A DNA stretch of 63,796 nt, filler included, from Octopus bimaculoides (taxonomy: Eukaryota): the NCBI RefSeq assembly GCF_001194135.2. It is 4 parts of 4 records of this genome, joined end to end, with 100 filler letters (N's around TTAATTAATTAA, not from the genome) between each part and the next. Parts side by side here need not be neighbours in the genome. Positions count along the whole stretch, not along the records: positions 1 to 24,834 come from NC_068994.1; 3 more parts are not named here. One strand, written 5' to 3'. Position 1 is the first letter of the stretch. Each line of letters starts with the position of its first letter. Positions 12,910 through 24,230 of this stretch are shown here, one piece after another. The notes beneath the pieces were generated by a model that made no database searches, was not told the DNA's origin, and was given only the letters and a program-made list of their open reading frames with translations. Both the position numbers and the translations under genes were made by a program.

Positions 12910-13333
12910 TGACTGAGTAAGTTGCCATAGTGATACCTGTTCAGAGGCCTGCACAAAGTTGCAGAAAGTGTATTGAGAAGAGTGTACGAGCGGTTCAGAC
13001 GTTTCCGAGATGGCCGAAAATAAGTCGATATTGACGAACGTTCTGGGAGAACGGAGAAAAACATCGCAGATGTACGTGCAGAACTGAGAAAAAGATCGCA
13101 AATGTACGTGAAGCCGTGAGGGGAAATCGTCGAATCACCACCCGCGAGTAATCAGAGGATGTGCAGATTAGTTACGGTTCAGTTCAGTCCATTATCACTG
13201 AAGATTTGGGTACGAGACGTGTGTCTGCGAAGTTTGTGCCAAAATTGCATTCAGCTGGTCAAAAAAACACTTGGGTTTCAGTTGCACATTTCCTTGATTG
13301 TGTCGAGAACAATGAACATTTTTTGAAAACTTC
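12910..13333 (+). pseudogene. Mariner transposase N-terminal relic
   Basis: ISYGSVQSIITEDLGTRRVSAKFVPKL..VENNEHFLKT is the mariner linker with a WVPHEL-equivalent motif. It has stops and frameshifts and ends just before the first catalytic Asp. Confidence 0.85.
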
Positions 13334-13410
13334 GTGTAGGGCTCTGAGCGAGTATCGCTAAGCTTTTGGCAAAATTTGATGCAAGTTCTCTGCTCAGCTT
13401 TCTCTGTCAT
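13328..13410 (-). pseudogene. Second mariner transposase start, inverted
   Basis: MTEKAEQRTCIKFCQKLSDTRSEPY is a typical mariner N-terminus and is homologous to the left arm at 12910. Confidence 0.85.
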
Positions 13411-14025
13411 GGCCAATGCGACGATCACGCGCTACACACGTTCCTTCCAAGTAGGAGTGCGCTAGAACGTTAAAGCTTAGTGCGCTTGCACAGCAGAGTT
13501 TAAGATCAGTCTGTACCAAGCGGCCTTGCTCTGAGTGCTTTAGCTTCGTTACTATGACAACAGTCCGGATATTTATTGATCAGACCACGTATATATACAC
13601 GTATGTGTATGTATGTATATATATATATATATATATTATATTATATCACAGAAAGGTACTTACCTAGCAAGTGTTTTGATCTGAGATCAATGGATTTTTA
13701 TACATACATACACACACNNNNNNNNNNNNNNNNNNNNNNNNNNNNNNNNNNNNNNNNNNNNNNNNNNNNNNNNNNNNNNNNNNNNNNNNNNNNNNNNNNN
13801 NNNNNNNNNNNNNNNNNNNNNNNNNNNNNNNNNNNNNNNNNNNNNNNNNNNNNNNNNNNNNNNNNNNNNNNNNNNNNNNNNNNNNNNNNNNNNNNNNNNN
13901 NNNNNNNNNNNNNNNNNNNNNNNNNNNNNNNNNNNNNNNNNNNNNNNNNNNNNNNNNNNNNNNNNNNNNNNNNNNNNNNNNNNNNNNNNNNNNNNNNNNN
14001 NNNNNNNNNNNNNNNNNNNNNNNNN

Positions 14026-14290
14026 TAAAGACTTTTTCAATTCCCAAGCGTTATACTAATACATCTGTTTTCTACACCACCTGTCTTCGTCTGTTGTTTT
14101 TTCGTGAATTCTCCCTATATATATATATATATGTGTAGGGAGAATTCACAAAAAAAAACCCCAAAAGACGAAGACAGGTGGTGTAGAAAACAGATGTATT
14201 AGTATAACGCTTGGGAATTGAAAAAGTCTTTAACGTTTCGAGCCTACGCTCTTCCACAGAAAGGAACACAGAAAGAAACAAAGAGAGAGA
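14026..14290 (-). mobile_element. Penelope-like terminal repeat in a tail-to-tail fold-back
   Basis: Arms 14026-14117 and 14136-14232 are near-perfect reverse complements around a TA spacer. The right arm continues into a hammerhead-like motif. The same family occurs at 34395-34594. PLE assignment is inferred from architecture. Confidence 0.6.
14228..14263 (-). ncRNA. Minimal type-I hammerhead-ribozyme-like motif, variant core
   Basis: 5'-CTTT CTGTGGA A GAGC-GTAG-GCTC GAA ACGT T AAAG-3'. Stem I is CTTT/AAAG, stem II has 4 bp, and helix III is the palindrome ACGT. The core has A6->U and one extra A. Confidence 0.45.
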
Positions 14291-15503
14291 AAAAAGGAGA
14301 AGAAAAACCCACCGACAGGATTGGAGTTTAAAATAGTGTAATTCCGCTTCTGTCTCTGCTTAAAATTAAGGATTATTTGACGTAGTCGAGTCGTTAAGTC
14401 AAAAATGAGCTGGTATTCAAAAAGGAACCAGTTTTATTTACAGATATCGGGCATCTAAATGTGAAAATATGGAAAATTATCGTTCGGAATGCTGTTTAGT
14501 TGACTGGATGGCTGAAAAAACGGTACAAAAAGCATACACATTTCTACGGAAATGAAGGCAATCTGTAAGAAACATGTTTAATTGCAATATGAAATTACCT
14601 GAGGCATCTGGGAAGCTGTGCATTGAAGTGAAAAATGCTTGACTTTAACAACGGGCATTTGTTGGAAGATTAACATAACCTATCGTGAGGAGTAAACAGC
14701 TTCCCTTATTAAGAAGTCGGTGCCGAAACATTGAAGTCTCTGCTGCTCGGAGACCATCCAGATTTTAAACATTTTCTTCGGAAGAGCCTACATTTCCGCT
14801 TTCCAAATTAAAGAATAAACAATGGGCATGTATGTGTCAAATCAGGTGAGTCACGCAAGAGTCGAAAAATACAGCTCATTTTTGTTTTATACAAGAAACT
14901 GTTAGCTAAAGTTTTAGATATTTGTCACCCAAATTTCCTCGTTCAATTATCACTCAGTTTGTTTTCTACTGTCAATCTAATTTTGTTGTGTGAAAATATT
15001 CACACAGTTGACTGATCGCCAAGTAATACCATTTATTCGTTAAAATGAATATTTTATTTCAATTTTACTTATTCAAAATAAGTGCCTTGTCTTCTTACTC
15101 TTCAGCTTATTTATTAAACACAGAATGACATGCCTAGATGCACGTGTTCGAGTACAGTTCATTCTAGAATGATATCGATTTATACTGAAATCACATATTT
15201 CATGAAATTGGTTAGAAAGCTTAATGCAGTTAATGCTCTGATGCTGATTGGTCGAACATAGCGGCTGTTCGCACGTGATTTGCGGAATGATAGCCAATAA
15301 GCGCTATTGAAATCGGATTTTCCATCAAGATTTCGATTAAAAAAGGGAAAATCTCACTTTGAAACTAACGATTATGTTATGAAATTTAACTGACGCACCC
15401 GCTGTGATGTCTTTTACCTACGTGTAAAATTTCAGCACAATCAGCCGTTATAATCTTTTACACACACAGAACGGGATTTATATTGTGTATACACACACAC
15501 ACG

Positions 15504-15547
<44 letters not shown>

Positions 15548-15579
15548 CACGCACACACACAAACACATANNNNNNNNNN

Positions 15580-15645
<66 letters not shown>

Positions 15646-15954
15646 GTTTTGCAAGATTTTTGATGTGAAATCGTGTATTGAAACATATATTGTTGTACTT
15701 GGGGATGGTCATATCGCCAGTTTAGCCAATAAAAACACACGCACTGTATATTTGGTGTTAATTTGCTTCAGCTTTATATTACATTATATTACATTAATCC
15801 TATTTCGGCCAGAGTTCTTTCATCACACTTCTGTGACCTCATCAGTGGTCCTTTGCTTTCTTCTTTCTTATATGTGTCCCTCCTTGCTAACGATCAGCCA
15901 TTTTGTATTTTGTATTCCTATTGTATGTGTCAACGCATGCGTATCCCTCTATGT

Positions 15955-16054
15955 GTGTCTCTGTTTTGTAAGTGCATGTGTGTGTATGGGGAGTGCCTGT
16001 TTTATCTGTATGGCACTCCCCATACACACACATGTACTTACAAAACATAGACAC
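15955..16054. repeat. 43-bp-arm inverted repeat (hairpin) with 14-nt loop
   Basis: 15955-15997 versus the reverse complement of 16012-16054 shows 2 mismatches. It abuts a gap. Confidence 0.95.
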
Positions 16055-16697
16055 NNNNNNNNNNNNNNNNNNNNNNNNNNNNNNNNNNNNNNNNNNNNNN
16101 NNNNNNNNNNNNNNNNNNNNNNNNNNNNNNNNNNNNNNNNNNNNNNNNNNNNNNNNNNNNNNNNNNNNNNNNNNNNNNNNNNNNNNNNNNNNNNNNNNNN
16201 NNNNNNNNNNNNNNNNNNNNNNNNNNNNNNNNNNNNNNNNNNNNNNNNNNNNNNNNNNNNNNNNNNNNNNNNNNNNNNNNNNNNNNNNNNNNNNNNNNNN
16301 NNNNNNNNNNNNNNNNNNNNNNNNNNNNNNNNNNNNNNNNNNNNNNNNNNNNNNNNNNNNNNNNNNNNNNNNNNNNNNNNNNNNNNNNNNNNNNNNNNNN
16401 NNNNNNNNNNNNNNNNNNNNNNNNNNNNNNNNNNNNNNNNNNNNNNNNNNNNNNNNNNNNNNNNNNNNNNNNNNNNNNNNNNNNNNNNNNNNNNNNNNNN
16501 NNNNNNNNNNNNNNNNNNNNNNNNNNNNNNNNNNNNNNNNNNNNNNNNNNNNNNNNNNNNNNNNNNNNNNNNNNNNNNNNNNNNNNNCATATAAAGTTAA
16601 AAACGTATAGTAAATGCACAATCGAAAAACAGACACAGAAGGCCCCCAACAACTCATCAGGTAACGGCCACAAAGTCAGTTTTTCTTTTTTTATAGC

Positions 16698-17010
16698 ATA
16701 TAATTGTATGTATGGGGAAAAATATTGAAACAAATTAATACATGCAAGAGTGATAAAGAAACGAGGGCGGTTTATTTGGATGTACTAGAAACAACAGTCA
16801 AATCGCCCTTAAGTAACTGTTCCCTCTGTTGTCATTTCTTTGTTTATAAATATATATATTTATTTAGTTATTAACAAAGAAATGACAGCAAAAGAAGCAA
16901 ATGTTATGCTATGAACTTCATTAACTTACAGCTGTTTCTGCTATAAGAGGTGGTGGACTCTTAGTGAGTACCAGGATAACATCCTAAAGCTTCATCAGAG
17001 CTTTCAATAT
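16698..17010. mobile_element. Penelope-like terminal repeat pair around a TA spacer
   Basis: Perfect 15-bp inverted repeat TGTCATTTCTTTGTT (16830-16844) / AACAAAGAAATGACA (16873-16887) flanks a TA-rich spacer. The right arm carries a hammerhead-like motif and the left arm matches 4111-4240. Confidence 0.5.
16923..17002 (-). ncRNA. Type-I hammerhead-ribozyme-like motif with intact CUGAUGA/GAAA/GUA core
   Basis: 5'-AGCT CTGATGA AGCT..(extended stem II with AGGAT/ATCCT and ACTC/GAGT hairpins)..AGCA GAA ACAGCTGT A AGTT-3'. Confidence 0.5.
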
Positions 17011-17091
17011 GACGTGGACTTAATTTGGGAAAGTTACATTTTCAGAACATACAAGCGTTATGAATGAGAAACTATGTTGATGGCTATATAT

Positions 17092-17305
17092 ATTTGTGTG
17101 TCTGTGTTTGTTCTCCCTACCATCGTTTGACAACCAACGTTGGTTTGCTCACCATACCGTGACTTAGCGGTTTGGCAAAAGTGATCGATAGAATAAATAC
17201 TAGGCTTACATAGAATAAGCCCCGGGGTTGATTTGTTCGACTAAAGGCGGTACTCTAGTATGGCTGCAGTCAAATGACTGAAACAAGTAAGAAAATAAAA
17301 GAATA
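17092..17305 (+). mobile_element. SINE family B, 3' half
   Basis: TTTGACAACC..CTTAGCGGTTTGGCAAAAG..CGACTAAAGGCGGTACTCTAGTATGGCTGCAGTCAAATGACTGAAACAAGTAA. Confidence 0.9.
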
Positions 17306-17518
17306 TATTGATGCGACCACCGAAAAACAAATTAATGTTATATCGCTATCTCCCGAGCTGGGTTTGAAACCGTAGGCTGGTTGTTGAGGATAATGGTATT
17401 TCCTTTGTCTTGTGAACAAGTACAGCTATTTTTAGCGTAGGAGTGATCGCTGACCCTTTCCGGTCAGCGAAAGTTCAGAAAAACAAGTTAAGGAACTGTA
17501 CTAAACTGACCCAGCTTT

Positions 17519-18368
17519 GGAGGGGGTAATGTAGCACCGTAAAGCTATGGTATTTGTGATAAATACGAGGGAGGAATTGGCATCAGGCAGTTGGCGAGTC
17601 GAGTTGGCATCACGCGGTTGGTGGACGGAGTTGGATGAAGAACGCGGGCCAGTGAAGAACGAGTATGTGACAGCAGCGGTCAGTAAGATGAACAGAGAGG
17701 CTGACAGAAAGAGGCTGAGAGAGAGAGAGCCTATGGTGAGAAAGTACCAGTCAACCGATAGGGACTGAAGCAATGAGAGAGAGGGACAAAGAGATAGGAC
17801 TGTGTGGCAGGCAAGAGATCGTAGTAGTCAGTTGGTCACTACTTGTGGATTATAGTAGGAGTTTTGCAAGAAAGGAAATTCGTGCGGTGAAGGTTTGTTT
17901 AAATATTCTTTAAAATGCACTTCATCGTTACATGTTTAAAAAAGAAGAAAAAGAGATTTTGTTAACTGGTGGAGAAGAAAAGAAAAGAACTCTGATGGGA
18001 CATGTTGTTAATGGAAAAGAAAAACAACGTAGTGAAAGAACTTTTAATTCGACTTGATATATGAACTCTTGACTGTAAACTTGTGATTATGCAATGTTCT
18101 GAAACGTTTGTTAAATGTTATTTGAATTGTTATGCAATGAATGTTTTATAGTGTATTGATGATGTTTTGATCATGTAAAAAGAAAAATAAATTAGTTCCA
18201 CTACCCAACGTATGGTCTCCGTGTTATTTCTTCCTCCTTTTGCCTGATGTCTTCGTTACGTGCTCCGGCTGGGCTTAGTCGTGGCGAACATCCCGACTCA
18301 CTGAGCGTCGACGTTCGCGCGTGCGCGAGTTTTCTCTTCGTCAAGGTGCTTCGCGTGTGGGCGTTCGT

Positions 18369-18372
<4 letters not shown>
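17519..18372 (+). mobile_element. Gypsy-like 3' LTR (17530-18372) with polypurine tract (17519-17529)
   Basis: GGAGGGGGTAA is immediately followed by TGTAGC. The element ends GTAACA into (TA)n. AATAAA at ~18186 precedes a GC-rich U5-like segment. No gag/pol was recognised. Confidence 0.7.
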
Positions 18373-18400
<28 letters not shown>

Positions 18401-20534
18401 CGTTGCTATTATGCAAAAGTGTCGTAAATCTAAGACGTTGCTTTTTCAAAAGCCGAAAAAATAGTTTCATCATTCCATAGCAAAACCGTTGTACTACACT
18501 TTGACAATGTTTNNNNNNNNNNNNNNNNNNNNNNNNNNNNNNNNNNNNNNNNNNNNNNNNNNNNNNNNNNNNNNNNNNNNNNNNNNNNNNNNNNNNNNNN
18601 NNNNNNNNNNNNNNNNNNNNNNNNNNNNNNNNNNNNNNNNNNNNNNNNNNNNNNNNNNNNNNNNNNNNNNNNNNNNNNNNNNNNNNNNNNNNNNNNNNNN
18701 NNNNNNNNNNNNNNNNNNNNNNNNNNNNNNNNNNNNNNNNNNNNNNNNNNNNNNNNNNNNNNNNNNNNNNNNNNNNNNNNNNNNNNNNNNNNNNNNNNNN
18801 NNNNNNNNNNNNNNNNNNNNNNNNNNNNNNNNNNNNNNNNNNNNNNNNNNNNNNNNNNNNNNNNNNNNNNNNNNNNNNNNNNNNNNNNNNNNNNNNNNNN
18901 NNNNNNNNNNNNNNNNNNNNNNNNNNNNNNNNNNNNNNNNNNNNNNNNNNNNNNNNNNNNNNNNNNNNNNNNNNNNNNNNNNNNNNNNNNNNNNNNNNNN
19001 NNNNNNNNNNNNNNNNNNNNNNNNNNNNNNNNNNNNNNNNNNNNNNNNNNNNNNNNNNNNNNNGATGCTATTATGTTAAACTGTCGTATGTCCAAATTTG
19101 GACAAATGTGTTTTTTTTTTCAATATTTATTGTTGCTTGCAATACCCGGTTCTTTTGGTCGAACTTTATATACACCGTCACACCGATTATATTTATATGT
19201 AGTGGTCTCGTCTATTCTCGTAGGAGGGTGTCGTACTCTTGCCATAACAGAGAGAAAGAGCATCATCAGCACGATTGTGCGATCTGTTGGAAAACCATCC
19301 ATCTTAGACACAAGAGACGGATGAATCCTTAAGGCGGAGAGATTCTGGTGCCAAACACTGTAAAATGTACAAAGGTCTTCGCAAAATATATTTCATCTAC
19401 ACCAGCACATATATAGCAATCAGTTCAGATAAAACAGACCAACGGAGCAGAAAATAGGAAATCCTCAAGAATCAGTATAAAGGATATCATTGGACTCAAG
19501 TAGAGCAGAACAAATGGTACTAGTACAAATACTGATGAATATACACTTACACTGGTGTAAATTGTGTTTTAGAGAACTATTAATGATATATGACTCTCAG
19601 AATCTATCCATTAAGTGTTGTAATACAAAAGAATAGATATACTCTTATAAACCAGAATAACAGAATCAACATGACACATTTTGATAATCTCCTAATCATA
19701 AAATCACAAACTCCTTTCCCAAAACATGTTAATAAAATAATAAAAAAAGAAATAATTACAATCAAGTACAGAAATTGAATTTCAAAAGCAACAATTCTGG
19801 AGTTTACCTACGCCATTACTTATTGGTCAATTTAATACATACAATAACAAATAATATATACATTCCAAAACATGTGAATATGGAGAATATCATTCATTAA
19901 AATAATAAAATGCATCTTCTTTTTAAATCTGCAGATTTTTATGTATGTATTTTACGTTGTTTATAATTTCAGTCTTAATCTAATGCGTGAACATAATATT
20001 TCATTGACAGTCTATAAGTACAAACAATAATAAATAATGCTATTGTAACTAAATACAAATTTTCTATAATACATAATAAACACCAGTAACGACATCGGAA
20101 TGAAGAAATAATCAAAGAAGTTAGAAGCAAAGTAAAAAAAAAAAAAATCTTTGTAATGATTTAATTTTCCAGTTAACATGCAGTGATTTCTTGTCTTGTT
20201 GATCAATAAGCTGGGGACAAACAAACATGATATCTGAAAAAGACAAACTCAATATAAAACGATCAAGCAACTTGCCGTATAAAAGAGCAGATGCATAAGA
20301 TCAAACGCAACAACAGTTCTTACTGCCAGCTTGTGGTTATGCTAACTTTGAAGTATTTGGTCATTATAACATTCGTTGAAATTATCAACATTAATGTTTT
20401 CGTCCACATTTCAGCGATCATCAACATCCATCATTTACTGTATGCGCTTTATTGTCTCTACAACAATGCTTAAATAAGCTAATGCAGTTGTCATTATTAG
20501 TGACACGTAAAACGGAGAGCTGACACAAAGTAAT

Positions 20535-20680
20535 TATCACGCTGGACAAAATGCTTAGCGGCATTTCATCCACATTTACAGATGAGATATTGAAATTCTG
20601 CCTAGGTCGACTTTGCTTTTCACTCTTTCGGATGAAATAAGCACCAGTTGAACACCGGGGTCGATGTAATAAACTAGACA
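20535..20680 (+). mobile_element. SINE family A, diverged and 5'-truncated
   Basis: AAAATGCTTAGCGGCATTTC..GGTCGACTTTGCTTTTCA..GGGGTCGATGTAAT. Confidence 0.8.
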
Positions 20681-20854
20681 TCTTCCTTAAATTAATTATC
20701 AATATTAAAAAGAATTACTAATATTAAATGTAATGATAAGCAAGTTAGACAAGTCGATTTACACAGAAAATTAAATACATTTAATAGAAAAAGTTGTATT
20801 GGGTCATCGCATAAATAATGCGGTTTTTTTCTATACTTCTTTAATTTTTCCGGT

Positions 20855-21510
20855 ACTGTTCTGACCTCCTCTACAGAATTCATGTTTTTTCTGTCCAAAT
20901 GATTTTGAAAACTGCGGAACAAATGATAATCAGATGGGACAATATCCAACGAATATGGTGAGTGGGGCATTGTTTCCCATTCAAACTGCTGTAGCATTTG
21001 AAATATTATCCTTGCTGTATGTGGCTGAGTATTAACCTGGTGGAAGAACACTTTTCATCTTGAAACCAAATATGTTCGTTTGTCTTCTACCGTTAAGCCG
21101 CTCAGGTTGCTCGCAGATCTGCTTTGCTATCGTTTGGTTTGGGTTTAAAAGTTCAAAGTGGACTAAACCTTTCATATCCCACCAAATAGATAACAACGTC
21201 TTCCGTGGGTGAAGACCTCCTTTAGCCTGGGGTGCCGGTGTTTCTCCTTCCCCCACCCACTGTCATCGGCGCTTGACATTTTTCTAGAGAATCCATTTCT
21301 TGACATCAGCCACTATTCGGTCTAAAAAAGGTTCATTCGTAAGACGTAACAGCAAAGAAAAACACACATTCACTCTCTGCATGCGATTAGATTCGGAAAG
21401 TTTGTGAGGAATTAATTGACCCAATTTCCTGACTTTTTCGATTGCACGCATGTCGATGAATGGTTAAATGACCAAATCCAAGCCTCTCTGCTAGTTCCTC
21501 AACCGAAATA
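20855..21510 (-). pseudogene. Mariner transposase relic (catalytic region)
   Basis: VEELAERLGF..PHKLS..NEPFLDRIVADVKKW (TGDEKW decayed), LHPRKTLLSIWWD and HSPYSLDIVPSDYHLFRSFQNHL (YSPDLAPSD motif). Multiple frameshifts. Confidence 0.9.
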
Positions 21511-22064
21511 TATTCCTAAGTATGAAAAGTAACCATCCCGAAATATAACATTACAGAACTAAATATCGTTTAATGCTTTACAAATTTTTCATTTTATTGC
21601 CATGAAGAGTTGATTGGATTGACTCCAATACAATAATGGGACATATTTTCTTAACCACACTGATGAAATGCAAAAGGGATCCCAAATGGATTTGAATTTC
21701 AAGCAGTGACATATCAAACGCACAATATCCTGAACTGGATCAATCGAGCAGCGAGAGTAACCGTATGCTATGGAGCATTTCTCACCTCATGCTAAATGTT
21801 ATTCTGCACATACTCTATTATTATAGCACTATATACAGCCTCCGATTTTGTGAACCACTGGGTGTTTAAGTTTGACCCAATAATTAAAATACTTCCGATA
21901 TCCAAAACACTTTAGATTATGCAAATTACAATTCAGTTGGATGGTAGTGGTAAATGGGCAGGCTAACTGCATTTCTGTCGGATGCTAATTGATATACCAT
22001 TCTATTTCTCTATCTCGAGGCGTTAATGTCGCCATACACAAATTCGAGCTTTATTATTATTATT

Positions 22065-24230
22065 GCTGTCCATGCGATTACCCCTGCTCCATTTCTGAGG
22101 AGTGAAACCGCCCAGGTGTTGATAGCTTTGATCTTATTCCGTCCATTTAATTTCGACTTGAGGATCAGTATCGGTCTGCACAAGTACTTCACCTTAAATT
22201 TTTCTGTCATTTCTTTCTCCATCAATTTATCCATTTCCGAAATCCCCAAGTACTTATAGCCCTCTCTTCTATCTGCTTCATAACCTCCCCGACGTTATCG
22301 TTAACCCGTCCATACATTTGATTTTTGCCTCTCATCAAGACTAACACACCACACTTTCTCAGTCCGAACTCTATTCTGATATCAGCGCTGAAGGTATACA
22401 CCGTATCAACGTGGGAACTGACTTGGGCTTCATCTTTATTATAAAGTTTGAGGTCATCCATGAATAACAAATGGTTGACCTTTTGCTGGCGGCCATTTAA
22501 ATACACTCCCAGCTTTTGCTTTCCTCAGAATCAGTGTTAGTTGTATCAAGCTCAGTAGAAAGTTCAGTGGGCACAGGCAGTCCCCTTGGAAGATGCCCTT
22601 CCTAATTTCTACTGTTCCAAAACTTCTTCCGTATGCTGTCAGGTTCGTCCTCCAATTCGCCATACTTTTTCCAAGCAATCACTCAACATTCGATGCAATA
22701 CCAAATAGGTTCATACGCTCCATAATCCAAGAATGTGGGATCATATCGTACGCCTTACGATAGTCGATCCATGACAGGGCTAAGTTACTTTTCCTCCTCT
22801 TGCAGTCTCTAACTACAGTTTTGATTATCAGGAGTTGATTCTTGGTACCTCTGCACTTACGTTTGCAACCCTGGCAAACAGGATATCGGCCTGTAATTGT
22901 CTACCGTATTGCCTTTTTCGATGTTTTTCAGGCACAGCACTGTCCTACCCACTATCAACCACTCTGGTGTTACTTGTTCGGCATTTAACAAGGTGTTGAG
23001 TTGTGCAGCTATTCGTGCATGACATTCACCAAATCTTTTGATGCAGTAGCCTTGAACTCCATCTGGTCCCGGAGCCTTCCAGTTGCTAATTTTTTTGCTG
23101 ATTTCATTCACTTCCCTAACTGAAATGATTAGTTCTGCCTGTTTTGGACAGACTACTGTTTGTTTCAGTTCTTGCAACCATTCAGCATCCTTCTTGTCCT
23201 CCTTGTCTTTGCTCCAGATGTCACNNNNNNNNNNNNNNNNNNNNNNNNNNNNNNNNNNNNNNNNNNNNNNNNNNNNNNNNNNNNNNNNNNNNNNNNNNNN
23301 NNNNNNNNNNNNNNNNNNNNNNNNNNNNNNNNNNNNNNNNNNNNNNNNNNNNNNNNNNNNNNNNNNNNNNNNNNNNNNNNNNNNNNNNNNNNNNNNNNNN
23401 NNNNNNNNNNNNNNNNNNNNNNNNNNNNNNNNNNNNNNNNNNNNNNNNNNNNNNNNNNNNNNNNNNNNNNNNNNNNNNNNNNNNNNNNNNNNNNNNNNNN
23501 NNNNNATGTTTCTTTTTCTTGACATCAACACCCACATTTTCTGCTACAACAATACTTGCTGCCTTGATCAAATTATTTGTTTCTGTGATGTTGTTTGTTT
23601 TGATATATTTCAGAATTTCATTGATATTTTTCGTTTCTTGGTTCAATTTCCATCGATCAACCTTTTTAAGGTTGCAAATAATGTCGCTATCGTTCTCCTG
23701 TAGTCTTATCTTTATTCTGCCCTAGATTGCCTTTTGTTCATCTGTCATGTCGCTGTTAGTTTTATTGTCTTCTTTTAGATCATCTATATGTCTCTCATCA
23801 AGTAAACTACCAGTGCTCCTTTACTGTGCTATGGGATTACTCTTATTAGTAAGAACTGTATTTTCATTGTTACCTCTGCTGCTATTTTCCATGACCCGTC
23901 TTTTGATAACTTCAAGCTCTACTACTGTGAGACAACAATTTTTCCTTATTGCTCTAGCTTGATCACATAGTCTCTGTTCCGTGAGTTGAAACAATCCCTT
24001 TTCGCTCCAATGATCATTAGGGGGTTATCCGTAACCCCTAATTTGAGCACCATTTTCATCTACCGGGCTGCTCAAGTAGGAACACTCCATGACCACAGCA
24101 TTAATTTGCTTTCTCCATCTACGCCGTGTGTGGTGGTCACTTTCTGGCTATCGACAGGCTGGAGGCGGACCAGAATCTCTGAGCCTACCATGTGTAACAC
24201 TGTCACCATCATTGGCTTCAGTTTCATTAC
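22065..24230 (-). mobile_element. R4/Dong-clade non-LTR retrotransposon, 5' part plus RT, 3'-truncated and decayed
   Basis: TEQRLCDQARAIRK N-terminal motif, [40 protein letters not shown] (FMDD at 22453-22464), KAINTWAVSLLRNGAGVIAW. Frameshifted, and spans a gap. Confidence 0.9.

Larger units (their letters stand above)
12725..13589. mobile_element. Non-autonomous mariner made of two inverted 5' ends; ~36-bp TIRs and TA TSD
   Basis: Left TA|CGAGGTCTAATCAATAAGTATCTGGACTGTTGCCAT matches the reverse complement of the right end, TA|CGTGGTCTGATCAATAAATATCCGGACTGTTGTCAT. Both arms carry the 5'UTR and transposase start. Confidence 0.9.

Noticed and set aside
14440-14855. Exon ending at the perfect donor CAG|GTGAGT (~14847)
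   Set aside because: All frames from the nearby upstream acceptors hit stops. A single consensus donor is expected by chance.
17448-17469. 8-bp GC-rich hairpin followed by AAAG
   Set aside because: It has no ribozyme core or U-tract, and is probably part of the LTR element's 3' internal region.
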